A stretch of 64,000 nt of DNA, taken from NCBI RefSeq assembly GCF_031426035.1, contig NZ_JANPKO010000096.1:888-64887 (forward strand). The letters are read 5' to 3'. Position numbers and translations under genes: made by a program. The notes beneath the pieces were generated by a model. That model did no database searches, had not been told where the DNA came from, and was given only the letters and a program-made list of their open reading frames with translations. The number at the start of each line of letters is the position of its first letter. Within the stretch, counting starts at the first letter, position 1. Origin of the DNA: Sphingomonas sp. (GTDB taxonomy: Bacteria; Pseudomonadota; Alphaproteobacteria; Sphingomonadales; Sphingomonadaceae). Positions 49,036-57,535 of the stretch are shown piece by piece.

Positions 49036-49413
49036 ATCTACCCTGCGGAGGGTGTTCGCTATGAACGGGTCGACATCGATGTGGCGCATCTCTCCGGCTG
49101 CCTCCGTCGCGTCATCGATATTGCCTAGGGCGACACCGCAAACGAACCGCCGGTAAGCGTCGAAATACACCTCCTCAGGCCGAGTTACGGGCCAGTCCTC
49201 GGCCAGGATCGACCGCGCCAGCTCGGACCTGCGAGGTTCGCCTAGGGACAGCATCAGTGTCAGGCGATACAGTGGAAGCAGCCGCGAATACCTGCTGCCG
49301 GGCCTAGGGTCGCGCTGTACGAGCTGAAGCGCTTTCTCCAGTGAGCCCCGATTCTGTGCCCATCTTGCTCTCGCCAGCACAGCGAAGTCTAAGAGGCTGT
49401 TCCAGCCGGACAT
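49030..49413 (-). CDS. Hypothetical helical protein
   Basis: 127-aa ORF with lower GC; no motif recognised. Confidence 0.65.
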   Translation of the reverse strand: MSGWNSLLDFAVLARARWAQNRGSLEKALQLVQRDPRPGSRYSRLLPLYRLTLMLSLGEPRRSELARSILAEDWPVTRPEEVYFDAYRRFVCGVALGNIDDATEAAGEMRHIDVDPFIANTLRRVDV

Positions 49414-49446
49414 CGGCTAAGTTTACCCTTGATGGCTCGCCGCGGA

Positions 49447-49537
49447 TTTCGGGGACACGAATTTCGGGGACACAATACTAATTAGTACGGCGGGTCGCAA
49501 TCGGCTGCGGTTTCGGGGACACAATACTAATTAGTAC
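49447..49537. repeat. Direct repeats with an internal palindrome
   Basis: TTTCGGGGACAC at 49447; TTTCGGGGACACAATACTAATTAGTAC at 49462-49488 and 49511-49537; internal TACTAATTAGTA palindrome. Confidence 0.9.
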
Positions 49538-49776
49538 TGCGGATCGCGCTCGGCTGGGCGTCAGCTCCGCCGATTTCGCTGTCCTACATTAGAAAATCCG
49601 TGAGACACTGGCCGTGCCCGAGTCGTTTTGGGGCTCTTTGACGTCGTCGATCCCCCCACTTTCTCCCTACGCCCCTGCTACCCCCGTAAAGTCACAAAAA
49701 TGGTCGCCGGGTACGGGACAATAAGGACTTTAGCGGCTTGAATCGCCCGCGCGGCAGTCTGCGCCGGCCTCCGCGA

Positions 49777-50058
49777 TCAGCGCGGCTGGACTCGACGGCA
49801 GTCGTCGCTCGGCCAGGTCTTTCCCTTGCGGCAGCGCTCGGCGAGCGCGCGCAGCTCGCGGCCGAGCTGCTCGTCGGCGCGGCGCGCGGCGCGGCCGGCG
49901 TTGGCGTCGGCTTCGGCCTGGCTGGTGGTCGCGGCGTCGACCGCATGGCCGGCGACCTTGACCGGCAGCGTCGCGACATCGACCGCGGTGCTGGCGATGG
50001 TGCCGACCACGCAGCCGCTCAGCGACAGCCCGGCGGCGATCAGGGCAAATGCTTTCAT
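49777..50058 (-). CDS. Small lipoprotein
   Basis: MKAFALIAAGLSLSGC lipobox. Confidence 0.8.
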   Translation of the reverse strand: MKAFALIAAGLSLSGCVVGTIASTAVDVATLPVKVAGHAVDAATTSQAEADANAGRAARRADEQLGRELRALAERCRKGKTWPSDDCRRVQPR

Positions 50059-50101
50059 GGGCGCGAGACTCGCACAGGCCGCGCGTACCGGCAATGAACG
50101 A

Positions 50102-52516
50102 TCACCCCGCCATCGCCTCCTGCGCCAGCGCTTCGGCCTGGATCAGCAACGTTTCGTCCGCCTCGCCGCCGGGAGGCATCGCCTCGCGCCCGACGATCAC
50201 CATCAGCGGCACCGCCATCGGGGTGATGCGGTCGGCGTGGACATGGACCATGGTCGCCGCGGCGCGGTCGACCAGGCGCACCAGCCGGCCGAGCTCGGTC
50301 ATCCTCGCCCGCGCATCCTCCCACGCCGCACGCAGCAGGAGATGCCCGGGCTCGTAGCGGCGCAGCACGTCGTAGATGAGGTCGGTCGAGAAGCTCACCT
50401 GGCGCCCCGACTTGCGCTGTCCCGGATGGTGGCGCTCGACTAGCCCGCCGATCACCGCGACCTCGCGGAAGGCCGATTTGAGCAGATAGGATTGCTCGAC
50501 CCAGTCGGTGAATTCCTGTTCCAGGATGTCGGGCGAGAACAGTGATTGCGGGTCGGTGATCGGCTCGAGCCCGTAGCACGCCAGGCCGTAGTCGTTGGCG
50601 ACGAAGCCCAGCGGCTTGAGCCCGGCATGCTCCATCCGCCGCGTCAGCAGCATGCCGAGCGACTGGTGCGCGTTCCATCCCTCGAAGCTGTAGGCGACCA
50701 TGAAGTGGCGGCCGTGGTGCTCGAAGGTCTCGACCAGCAATTCGTGCGGCTCGGGCAGCCGCGATCGCCGGCCCTGCACCTCGAGCCACTCGGCGACGTC
50801 GTCGGGGAAGCGGTGCCAGTCGTTGCGGTCGCACAGCATGTGGCGGACGCGGTCGGCGAGGTGGGTCGACATCGACATCCGCTGCCCGCCGTAAGTGACG
50901 ATCCGCGCCGATTTCGATGAGGCGTGGACCAGGATATCACCGTCCTTGATGCGTTCAACCTCGAGGCTCAGCCCGGCGAAGAAGAAATGGTCGCCCGGAG
51001 TCAAAGTCGAAGCAAAGCCTTCCTCGACCGTGCCCAGCTTCCGCCCGTTCTTGAAGCGCACGCTGAGCAAAGGCGCCTCGACGATGATCCCCGCGTTCAT
51101 GCGGTGCTGCACCGCCACCGCCGGCCGCGTGATCCGCCACCGCCCGTCGCCCTCGGGCACCAGCCGGCGGAACTTGTCATAGGCTTTGAGCGCGTATCCC
51201 CCGGTGGCGATGAAGCTGAGGATCTCCTGGAAGGTCTCGTCCTTGAGCCCCGCATACGGCGACGCCGAGCGCACTTCGGCGAGCAGCTCGGCCTCGTCGA
51301 ACGGCCCCGCGCAGGCGATCGCCAGGATATGCTGGGCGAGCACGTCGAGCGCGCCGGGGCGGAAGATTTCGGGGTCGAGCTCGTTGTCGCCGATCGCGTC
51401 CAGTGCCGCGCGCGCTTCGAGATATTCGAAGCGGTTGCCGGGCACGATCATGCCGCGGCTCGGCTCGTCGAGGCGGTGGTTGGAGCGGCCGATCCGCTGC
51501 AGCAGCCGCGAGCTGCCCTTGGGCGCGCCCATCTGGACGACGAGGTCGATGTCCCCCCAGTCGATCCCGAGGTCGAGGCTCGAGGTCGCGACCAGCCCGC
51601 GCAACTTGCCCGCGCTCATCGCCGCCTCGATCCGGCGCCGTGCTTCCAATGCCAGGCTGCCGTGATGGATGCCGATCGCCAGCGACAGGTCGTTAACCGC
51701 CCACAGGTCCTGGAAAATCAGTTCGGCGAGGCTGCGCGTGTTGCAGAAGATCAGCGTCGTCCGGTGCCGCTCGATCAGCCCCATCACCTCGCGCGCGGCG
51801 TGCCGCCCCGAATGGCCCGACCACGGGATGCGCCCGTCGGGAATGAGGATCGAAAGGTCGGCCGCGGCGCCGGGGTCGCCCTCGACCAGCGCGACCGCGT
51901 CGATGTCGGCATCGGGCGCGAGCCACGAGCGGTAGGCGTCGGGGTCGGCGATGGTCGCCGACAAGCCGACCCGCCTGAGCCCCGGCGCGAGCACCTCCAG
52001 CCGCGCCATCGACAGCGCCAGCAAGTCGCCGCGTTTTTCACGCGCGAAGGCGTGCAGCTCGTCGACGACGATCGTCTTCAAGCCCGCGAACAGCGTCGCG
52101 CTGTCGGGGTAGCTGAGCAGCAGGCTGAGCGATTCAGGCGTGGTAAGCAGGATGTGGGGCGGACGCTCGCGCTGGCGTTTCTTGCGGTCCGACGGCGTGT
52201 CGCCGCTGCGCGTTTCGACGCGAATGCTGAGCCCCATCTCGGCAATCGGCCCGAGCAGGTTGCGCTGGACGTCGACCCCGAGCGCTTTGAGCGGCGACAC
52301 ATACAAGGTGTGCAGCCCCTCGGCGGGCGCCTCGATCAGGTCGCAGATCGTCGGCAGGAACCCCGCCAGCGTCTTGCCGGCCCCGGTCGCGGCGACCAGC
52401 AGCGCGCTGTTCCCGGCGCGCGCCACGCCGAGCATCTCGAGCTGGTGGCGGCGCGGTTGCCAGCCGCGCTCGCTAAACCAGCGCTGGACGACCGCGGGAA
52501 GTCCGGCGTCGTTCAG
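50102..52516 (-). CDS. Ligase-associated DEXH-box helicase (Lhr family); start probably CTG at 52516
   Basis: ATGAGKT, DELH, SAT, QRIGRS; the frame stays open upstream of the ATG at 52435 with the Q-motif-like WQPRRHQ. Confidence 0.92.
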   Translation of the reverse strand: MNDAGLPAVVQRWFSERGWQPRRHQLEMLGVARAGNSALLVAATGAGKTLAGFLPTICDLIEAPAEGLHTLYVSPLKALGVDVQRNLLGPIAEMGLSIRVETRSGDTPSDRKKRQRERPPHILLTTPESLSLLLSYPDSATLFAGLKTIVVDELHAFAREKRGDLLALSMARLEVLAPGLRRVGLSATIADPDAYRSWLAPDADIDAVALVEGDPGAAADLSILIPDGRIPWSGHSGRHAAREVMGLIERHRTTLIFCNTRSLAELIFQDLWAVNDLSLAIGIHHGSLALEARRRIEAAMSAGKLRGLVATSSLDLGIDWGDIDLVVQMGAPKGSSRLLQRIGRSNHRLDEPSRGMIVPGNRFEYLEARAALDAIGDNELDPEIFRPGALDVLAQHILAIACAGPFDEAELLAEVRSASPYAGLKDETFQEILSFIATGGYALKAYDKFRRLVPEGDGRWRITRPAVAVQHRMNAGIIVEAPLLSVRFKNGRKLGTVEEGFASTLTPGDHFFFAGLSLEVERIKDGDILVHASSKSARIVTYGGQRMSMSTHLADRVRHMLCDRNDWHRFPDDVAEWLEVQGRRSRLPEPHELLVETFEHHGRHFMVAYSFEGWNAHQSLGMLLTRRMEHAGLKPLGFVANDYGLACYGLEPITDPQSLFSPDILEQEFTDWVEQSYLLKSAFREVAVIGGLVERHHPGQRKSGRQVSFSTDLIYDVLRRYEPGHLLLRAAWEDARARMTELGRLVRLVDRAAATMVHVHADRITPMAVPLMVIVGREAMPPGGEADETLLIQAEALAQEAMAG

Positions 52517-52707
52517 AGGCCGTCGGTCCCGTCGCGGCGGCGCTGCTCCTCGGCGTCATACTGGGCGTCGGTCGCGCGTTCGGTCTGCGCGGTGGTGTCG
52601 GTGGTCGCACCGCTGCGCCGGCGCGAGCGGATCACCACCCACACCAAAAGGATGAGCAGGATTGCCGGGCCGACGATATTCATCAAACTCCACAGGGTCT
52701 CGTCCAT
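52513..52707 (-). CDS. Small single-pass membrane protein
   Basis: MDETLWSLMNIVGPAILLILLVWVVIRSRRR; GGAGA RBS. Confidence 0.75.
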   Translation of the reverse strand: MDETLWSLMNIVGPAILLILLVWVVIRSRRRSGATTDTTAQTERATDAQYDAEEQRRRDGTDGL

Positions 52708-52763
52708 TCTCGAATCTCCTTGCGCCGGGGAACTCGCCGGCGATCCATCCACTATAGCTCGCA

Positions 52764-53762
52764 ATGCCCCGCCTGGGTTCCTGGATCGAGCCTTGTCCCG
52801 AAGGCATCTATGTGCGCCCCGCGGACGCGTGGGTCGACCCCTCGCAGCCCAAGCCGCGCGCGCTCGTCACCCACGGCCATGCCGATCACGCCCGCGGCGG
52901 CCACGGCGAAGTGTGGGCGACCGCCGAGACGCTGGCGATCATGGGCGTGCGCTATGGCGAGCAGAGCGGGCACCCGGTGGGCTATGGCGACAGCGTGCGG
53001 CTGGGCGAAGTCGAGGTCGGCTTCGTCCCCGCCGGCCACGTCCTCGGCTCGGCTCAGATCGTGCTCGAATACAAGGGAGAGCGAGTCGTCGTGTCGGGCG
53101 ACTACAAGCGCCGCGCCGACCCGACCTGCCCGCCGTTCGTGCCGGTGCCGTGCGACATCTTCATCACCGAGGCGACCTTCGGCCTGCCGGTGTTCCGCCA
53201 TCCCGATACTGGCAGCGAGATCGACCGCCTGCTTCACCGCCTCCACGCCGACCCGAGCCGCTGCGTGCTGGTCGGCGCCTACGCTTTGGGCAAGGCGCAG
53301 CGGGTGATCATGGAATTGCGCCACCGCGGCCACGACGCGCCGATCTATTACCATGGCGCGATGGAGCGCTTGTGCCGCCTGTATGAGGAATTGGGCGTGC
53401 CGCTCGGCGAGCTTCGCCCGGTCGCCGACGCGGCCAAGGCGGACATCGCGGGCCACATCGTGATCTGCCCGCCGGGCGCATTGAACGACCGCTGGTCGCG
53501 GCGCCTGCCCGATCCGGTGACGGCAATGGCGTCGGGCTGGATGCGCATCCGCCAACGTGCCCGCCAGCGCAATGTCGAGCTGCCGTTGATCATCTCCGAC
53601 CACGCCGACTGGGACGAGCTGACCACCACCATCCGCGAGGTCGCGCCCAAGGAAGTATGGATCACGCATGGCCGCGAGGATGCGCTGATGCATTGGTGCA
53701 TGACGCGCCAGATCAAGGCGCGGGAACTGAATTTGGTGGGGTACGAAGATGAAGATGATTGA
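52764..53762 (+). CDS. Ligase-associated DNA damage response exonuclease (MBL/beta-CASP)
   Basis: THGHADH, AGHVLGSA, EATFGLP, SDHADW. Confidence 0.92.
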   Translation: MPRLGSWIEPCPEGIYVRPADAWVDPSQPKPRALVTHGHADHARGGHGEVWATAETLAIMGVRYGEQSGHPVGYGDSVRLGEVEVGFVPAGHVLGSAQIVLEYKGERVVVSGDYKRRADPTCPPFVPVPCDIFITEATFGLPVFRHPDTGSEIDRLLHRLHADPSRCVLVGAYALGKAQRVIMELRHRGHDAPIYYHGAMERLCRLYEELGVPLGELRPVADAAKADIAGHIVICPPGALNDRWSRRLPDPVTAMASGWMRIRQRARQRNVELPLIISDHADWDELTTTIREVAPKEVWITHGREDALMHWCMTRQIKARELNLVGYEDEDD

Positions 53763-54372
53763 GGGCGCACGAAGCTGGCTGCTCGCCGTTGCGCTGGTCA
53801 GCGGCTGCGACAGCGGTTCGCCCGTGCCGGAAAGCAACCTTGCCCGAAATCCGTCAGTGGTTGAACAGCCGGACGTCGCCGCCACGGCTCGACCGCAAGC
53901 CGCTCGACCCCCGGAGGTCGATGCCGGGCGTTACTCGTCGATCGACCCCGCTGCGTGCAAGGAACTCGAGCGCAACGACGAGGAGGGCGGCTACTCTCGC
54001 CATTCGTGCGGCGGCCCGGCCGGCTATGCGCTCGAAATCAGCGAAAGCGACCTGCGCCAAGACGTCGTGGTGATCGCGCCGGGCGGAGGGCGGTCGCGCT
54101 TGCAGCTGTCGAGCCTGGTCGCAAACGGCGCCTTCAACAGCCTCGGCAAGACCGCCGAATGGCGCGGGGCCGAAGATCAACCGTCGGCGCTGATTGTACG
54201 GTTGAATGTCGCGGCGGGCCCCGAGCCGATCCGGCCCGACATCAGCAATCTGGTTGTCGCCCGCCTCGCCAATCCGGCCTGCGTCGTTGCGGTCGTTCCG
54301 CCCGGCCCGGACCAGAATGCCAAGGCCCGGCGGATCGCCGACGGTGACCTGACGAAGTGCATCGGCCGCTGA
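53749..54372 (+). CDS. Hypothetical lipoprotein
   Basis: Lipobox VSGC; four further cysteines; overlaps the exonuclease stop. Confidence 0.7.
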   Translation: MKMIEGARSWLLAVALVSGCDSGSPVPESNLARNPSVVEQPDVAATARPQAARPPEVDAGRYSSIDPAACKELERNDEEGGYSRHSCGGPAGYALEISESDLRQDVVVIAPGGGRSRLQLSSLVANGAFNSLGKTAEWRGAEDQPSALIVRLNVAAGPEPIRPDISNLVVARLANPACVVAVVPPGPDQNAKARRIADGDLTKCIGR

Positions 54373-54402
54373 ACCTGCACCGCGCATATCGCGGCGCAAA
54401 GC

Positions 54403-55782
54403 TCAGTGCGCGGCTTCGGTCCGCTTGACGCCGGACCTGGCCAGCTGCTCGTCGATCTGCGCGACCAACCGATCGAGCCCTGCCTGATCGCTGGCCTCCG
54501 CGCGCGCCACCAGCACGTCCTGCGTGTTCGACGCGCGCAGCAGCCACCAGCCGTCGGGGGTGTTGACCCGAGCGCCGTCGGTGGCATCGACTTTCGCGCC
54601 GTCGGCCGACAGCCGCTCGAGCACCTCGTCGACCACCGCGAACTTGCGCGCCGCGTCGACCGCGAAGCGCAGCTCGGGGGTCGAGGTCGAGCGCGGCATC
54701 GCGTCCATCAGCTCGGTCAGCGTCTTGCCCGACACGCTGACCGCCTCGATCAGCCTTACGGCGGCATAGAGTGCATCGTCGAAGCCGTACCAGCGGTGCT
54801 TGAAGAAAATATGCCCGCTCATCTCGCCCGCCAGCGGCGCATTGGTTTCCTTCATCTTCGACTTGATCAGGCTGTGCCCGGTCTTCCACATCAGCGGCCG
54901 GCCGCCGAGCTCGGCGATGCGGTCGAACAGGATCTGGCTCGCCTTGACGTCGGCGATGATCGTCGCGCCGGGCTCGGCGGCGAGCACCGGCTCGGCGAGG
55001 ATCGCCAGCAACTGGTCGCCCCAGATCACCCGGCCGAGCCCGTCGACCGCGCCGATGCGGTCGCCGTCGCCGTCGAACGCAATCCCGAAATCGAGTTGCT
55101 TGTCGGAGACCAGCGCCTTGAGGTCCGAAAGATTGGCCTCGACCGTCGGGTCGGGGTGGTGGTTGGGGAAGCTGCCGTCGACCTCGGTGTAAATCGCGTG
55201 ATGCTCGCCGGGCAGGCGTTTGACTAACTTCTCCAGCGCCGGGCCCGCTGCACCGTTGCCATTGTCCCAGCCGACCTTGAACCCGATCCCGCCGAAATCC
55301 TGCACCAGCCGGTCGACATAGGCGTCGAGCACGTCGGCTTCGCTCACCGCACCGGCGCCCTCGCTATAGTCGCCGGCGGCGCAGCGCGCCCCGAGCGCCT
55401 GGATTTCGGCGCCGAACACCGAGCGGCCGCCGAGCAGCATCTTGAAGCCGTTGTAATCGGCCGGGTTGTGGCTCCCGGTGACCTGGATGCCGCCATCGAC
55501 ACCGAGCGTCGCCGCGGCGAAATAGAGCATCGGCGAGGGGCCCATGCCGACCCGCACGACATTGAGCCCGCCGGCGGTCAGGCCGCGCACCAGCGCATCC
55601 TCGAGTTCGGGCGAATGGCTGCGGCCGTCGCGGCCGACGGCGATGGTGGCGGCGCCCTCCTCGCGGGCGAGCGCGGCATACCCGCGGCCAAGCGCAAAAG
55701 CATCGCGGTCGCTGAGTGTGTCGCCGACGATCCCGCGGACATCATATTCGCGCAGGATGGAGGGGTGGAATGTGTGGGTCAT
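54403..55782 (-). CDS. Phosphoglucomutase/phosphomannomutase (PgmG/AlgC-like)
   Basis: TGSHNP, DGDGDR, GEMSGH. Confidence 0.95.
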   Translation of the reverse strand: MTHTFHPSILREYDVRGIVGDTLSDRDAFALGRGYAALAREEGAATIAVGRDGRSHSPELEDALVRGLTAGGLNVVRVGMGPSPMLYFAAATLGVDGGIQVTGSHNPADYNGFKMLLGGRSVFGAEIQALGARCAAGDYSEGAGAVSEADVLDAYVDRLVQDFGGIGFKVGWDNGNGAAGPALEKLVKRLPGEHHAIYTEVDGSFPNHHPDPTVEANLSDLKALVSDKQLDFGIAFDGDGDRIGAVDGLGRVIWGDQLLAILAEPVLAAEPGATIIADVKASQILFDRIAELGGRPLMWKTGHSLIKSKMKETNAPLAGEMSGHIFFKHRWYGFDDALYAAVRLIEAVSVSGKTLTELMDAMPRSTSTPELRFAVDAARKFAVVDEVLERLSADGAKVDATDGARVNTPDGWWLLRASNTQDVLVARAEASDQAGLDRLVAQIDEQLARSGVKRTEAAH

Positions 55783-55814
55783 GCGCCCCCTTAACTGACG
55801 AAGCGCGAAAAAGC

Positions 55815-56615
55815 TCAGCCGGCGGCGGCAACCGGCTCGGCCGGCTCCTCGCCCGGTGCCGGGATGCCGAGGCCCGCGATCATCTCGCGCAATTCCTGGC
55901 GCGCGGTGATGTGGCCGATGCCGACCTCGCCCAGCTGCGCCAGGTCGAGCAGGGTCAGGCCCTTGGGGAACAGCTCGCGGTAGATCACCCGCTCGCCGAG
56001 CCCGGGGATGACGCGGAAGCCGACGCGGCGGGCGAGCTCGTCGAGTGCGGCACCGACGCGGCGCAGATTGTGGCTGTCGATATGCTGCAGGCGGTTGCGC
56101 AGCACGACCCAGTCGACGCTCTTGCCGGTGGCCTTGGCGCGCGCCGTGCGGCTGTTCCAGATCAGCTCGGCGTAAAAACTCGGCTTGGTCACCTTGAAAT
56201 TCTCGGGGTGGACCTGGCCGATCAGGTCGAGGTCGACGAAGCTGTCGTTCATCGGGGTGACCAAGGTGTCAGCCTTGAGGATCGCGGCGCGGGCGAGCGG
56301 ATCGTCGCGGCCCGGGGTATCGACGACGATCACGTCGGCGTCGGCGGACAGGCGGGCGATGGCGGCCTCGAGCGCGGGTTCGTCGGTCGCTTCGAGCACT
56401 TCGGAGCGCGCGTGGGGCAAAGCGACGTCGAGCCGGCGCATCGTCGCGTCGCGGTTCTCGAGGTAGCGGGTCATCGTCCGCTGGCGGCTTTCGTGGTCGA
56501 GCGCGGCGACCCTGTGCCCGGTCGCGGCGAGCGCAATCGCGGTGTGGACGGCCGTGGTCGACTTGCCGGTGCCGCCCTTTTCGTTGGCGAAGATGATGAA
56601 ATGCGGCTGGCCCAT
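55815..56615 (-). CDS. mipZ: Division-plane positioning ATPase
   Basis: [36 protein letters not shown]. Confidence 0.92.
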   Translation of the reverse strand: MGQPHFIIFANEKGGTGKSTTAVHTAIALAATGHRVAALDHESRQRTMTRYLENRDATMRRLDVALPHARSEVLEATDEPALEAAIARLSADADVIVVDTPGRDDPLARAAILKADTLVTPMNDSFVDLDLIGQVHPENFKVTKPSFYAELIWNSRTARAKATGKSVDWVVLRNRLQHIDSHNLRRVGAALDELARRVGFRVIPGLGERVIYRELFPKGLTLLDLAQLGEVGIGHITARQELREMIAGLGIPAPGEEPAEPVAAAG

Positions 56616-56695
56616 GCGACCCCCAAGCCCCTTGATCTTTGCCCCGGCGCCAGTGCAAGCGCTCCCGTCACTGGTCTATCGGAGGGGCGCCGAGG

Positions 56696-57535
56696 GTGCA
56701 AATTGTCCGTCGCCTGGAACGGCTTGGACCGACGCTGGCCGCGCTTCGGGCGGGGGGCAGCCTGGCGCTGGTCCCGACCATGGGCGCTTTCCACGCCGGT
56801 CACCTCGCATTGATCGCCCAGGCGAGGCGCCAGGCCGACGTCGTCGCGGCGACGATTTTCGTCAATCCGCTGCAATTCGGCGCGCACGAAGACCTCGCCC
56901 GCTACCCGCGCCAGGATGAGGCCGACGCCGCGCTGCTGGCCAAGGCGGGGTGCAAGATGCTGTGGCTGCCGACGGTCGACGACATTTATCCCGCCGGGTT
57001 CGCCACCACCGTCCACGTCGCCGGGGTCGGCGACCGCTGGGAAGGGGAGGCGCGGCCGGGCCATTTCGACGGGGTCGCGACGGTGGTCGCCAAATTGCTG
57101 CTCGCGGTGCGCCCCGACCTCGCTTTGTTCGGCGAAAAGGATTTCCAGCAGCTCGCGGTGATCCGCCGCATGTCGGCCGACCTCGGGCTTGGCGTGAGGA
57201 TCGGCGGAGTGCCGACGGTGCGCGACGCCGACGGCCTCGCGCAGTCCTCGCGCAACGCCTATTTGAGCGCCGACGAACGGGCCCGCGCCATTGCCCTGCC
57301 GCGTGCGCTGGAGGCGGCGCGAGACGCGATCGGCCGCGGCGGTGCGGTCGCACCGGCGCTCGAGCAGGCCAGGCAGGCGCTGCGCGAGGCCGGGTTCGAC
57401 CCGATCGACTATGTCGTGCTGGTCGATGAAGCGACGCTCGAGCCGCTCGACGCGCCGGGCGGAACGATGCGGCTGATCGCGGCGGCGAGCCTCGGCACTA
57501 CCCGGCTGATCGACAATATCGCGGTGAAGGCATGA
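56696..57535 (+). CDS. panC: Pantoate--beta-alanine ligase
   Basis: PTMGAFHAGH, FVNPLQF, RPGHFDGV, GEKDFQQ, RLIDN. Confidence 0.95.
   Translation: MQIVRRLERLGPTLAALRAGGSLALVPTMGAFHAGHLALIAQARRQADVVAATIFVNPLQFGAHEDLARYPRQDEADAALLAKAGCKMLWLPTVDDIYPAGFATTVHVAGVGDRWEGEARPGHFDGVATVVAKLLLAVRPDLALFGEKDFQQLAVIRRMSADLGLGVRIGGVPTVRDADGLAQSSRNAYLSADERARAIALPRALEAARDAIGRGGAVAPALEQARQALREAGFDPIDYVVLVDEATLEPLDAPGGTMRLIAAASLGTTRLIDNIAVKA

Larger units (their letters stand above)
45900..49740. mobile_element. Lower-GC accessory island with cassette-like architecture; no recombinase seen
   Basis: Visible rise in A/T and loss of the strong C/G third-position bias; three co-oriented accessory ORFs, each followed by a related palindrome. 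Confidence 0.6.

Noticed and set aside
49447-49560. CRISPR mini-array
   Set aside because: Only two full repeats, the intervening sequences are similar to each other rather than unique, and there are no cas genes.
49560-49740. tRNA or integration att site at the island's right edge (TGGTCGCCGG...)
   Set aside because: No T-loop GTTCRA motif or cloverleaf on either strand.
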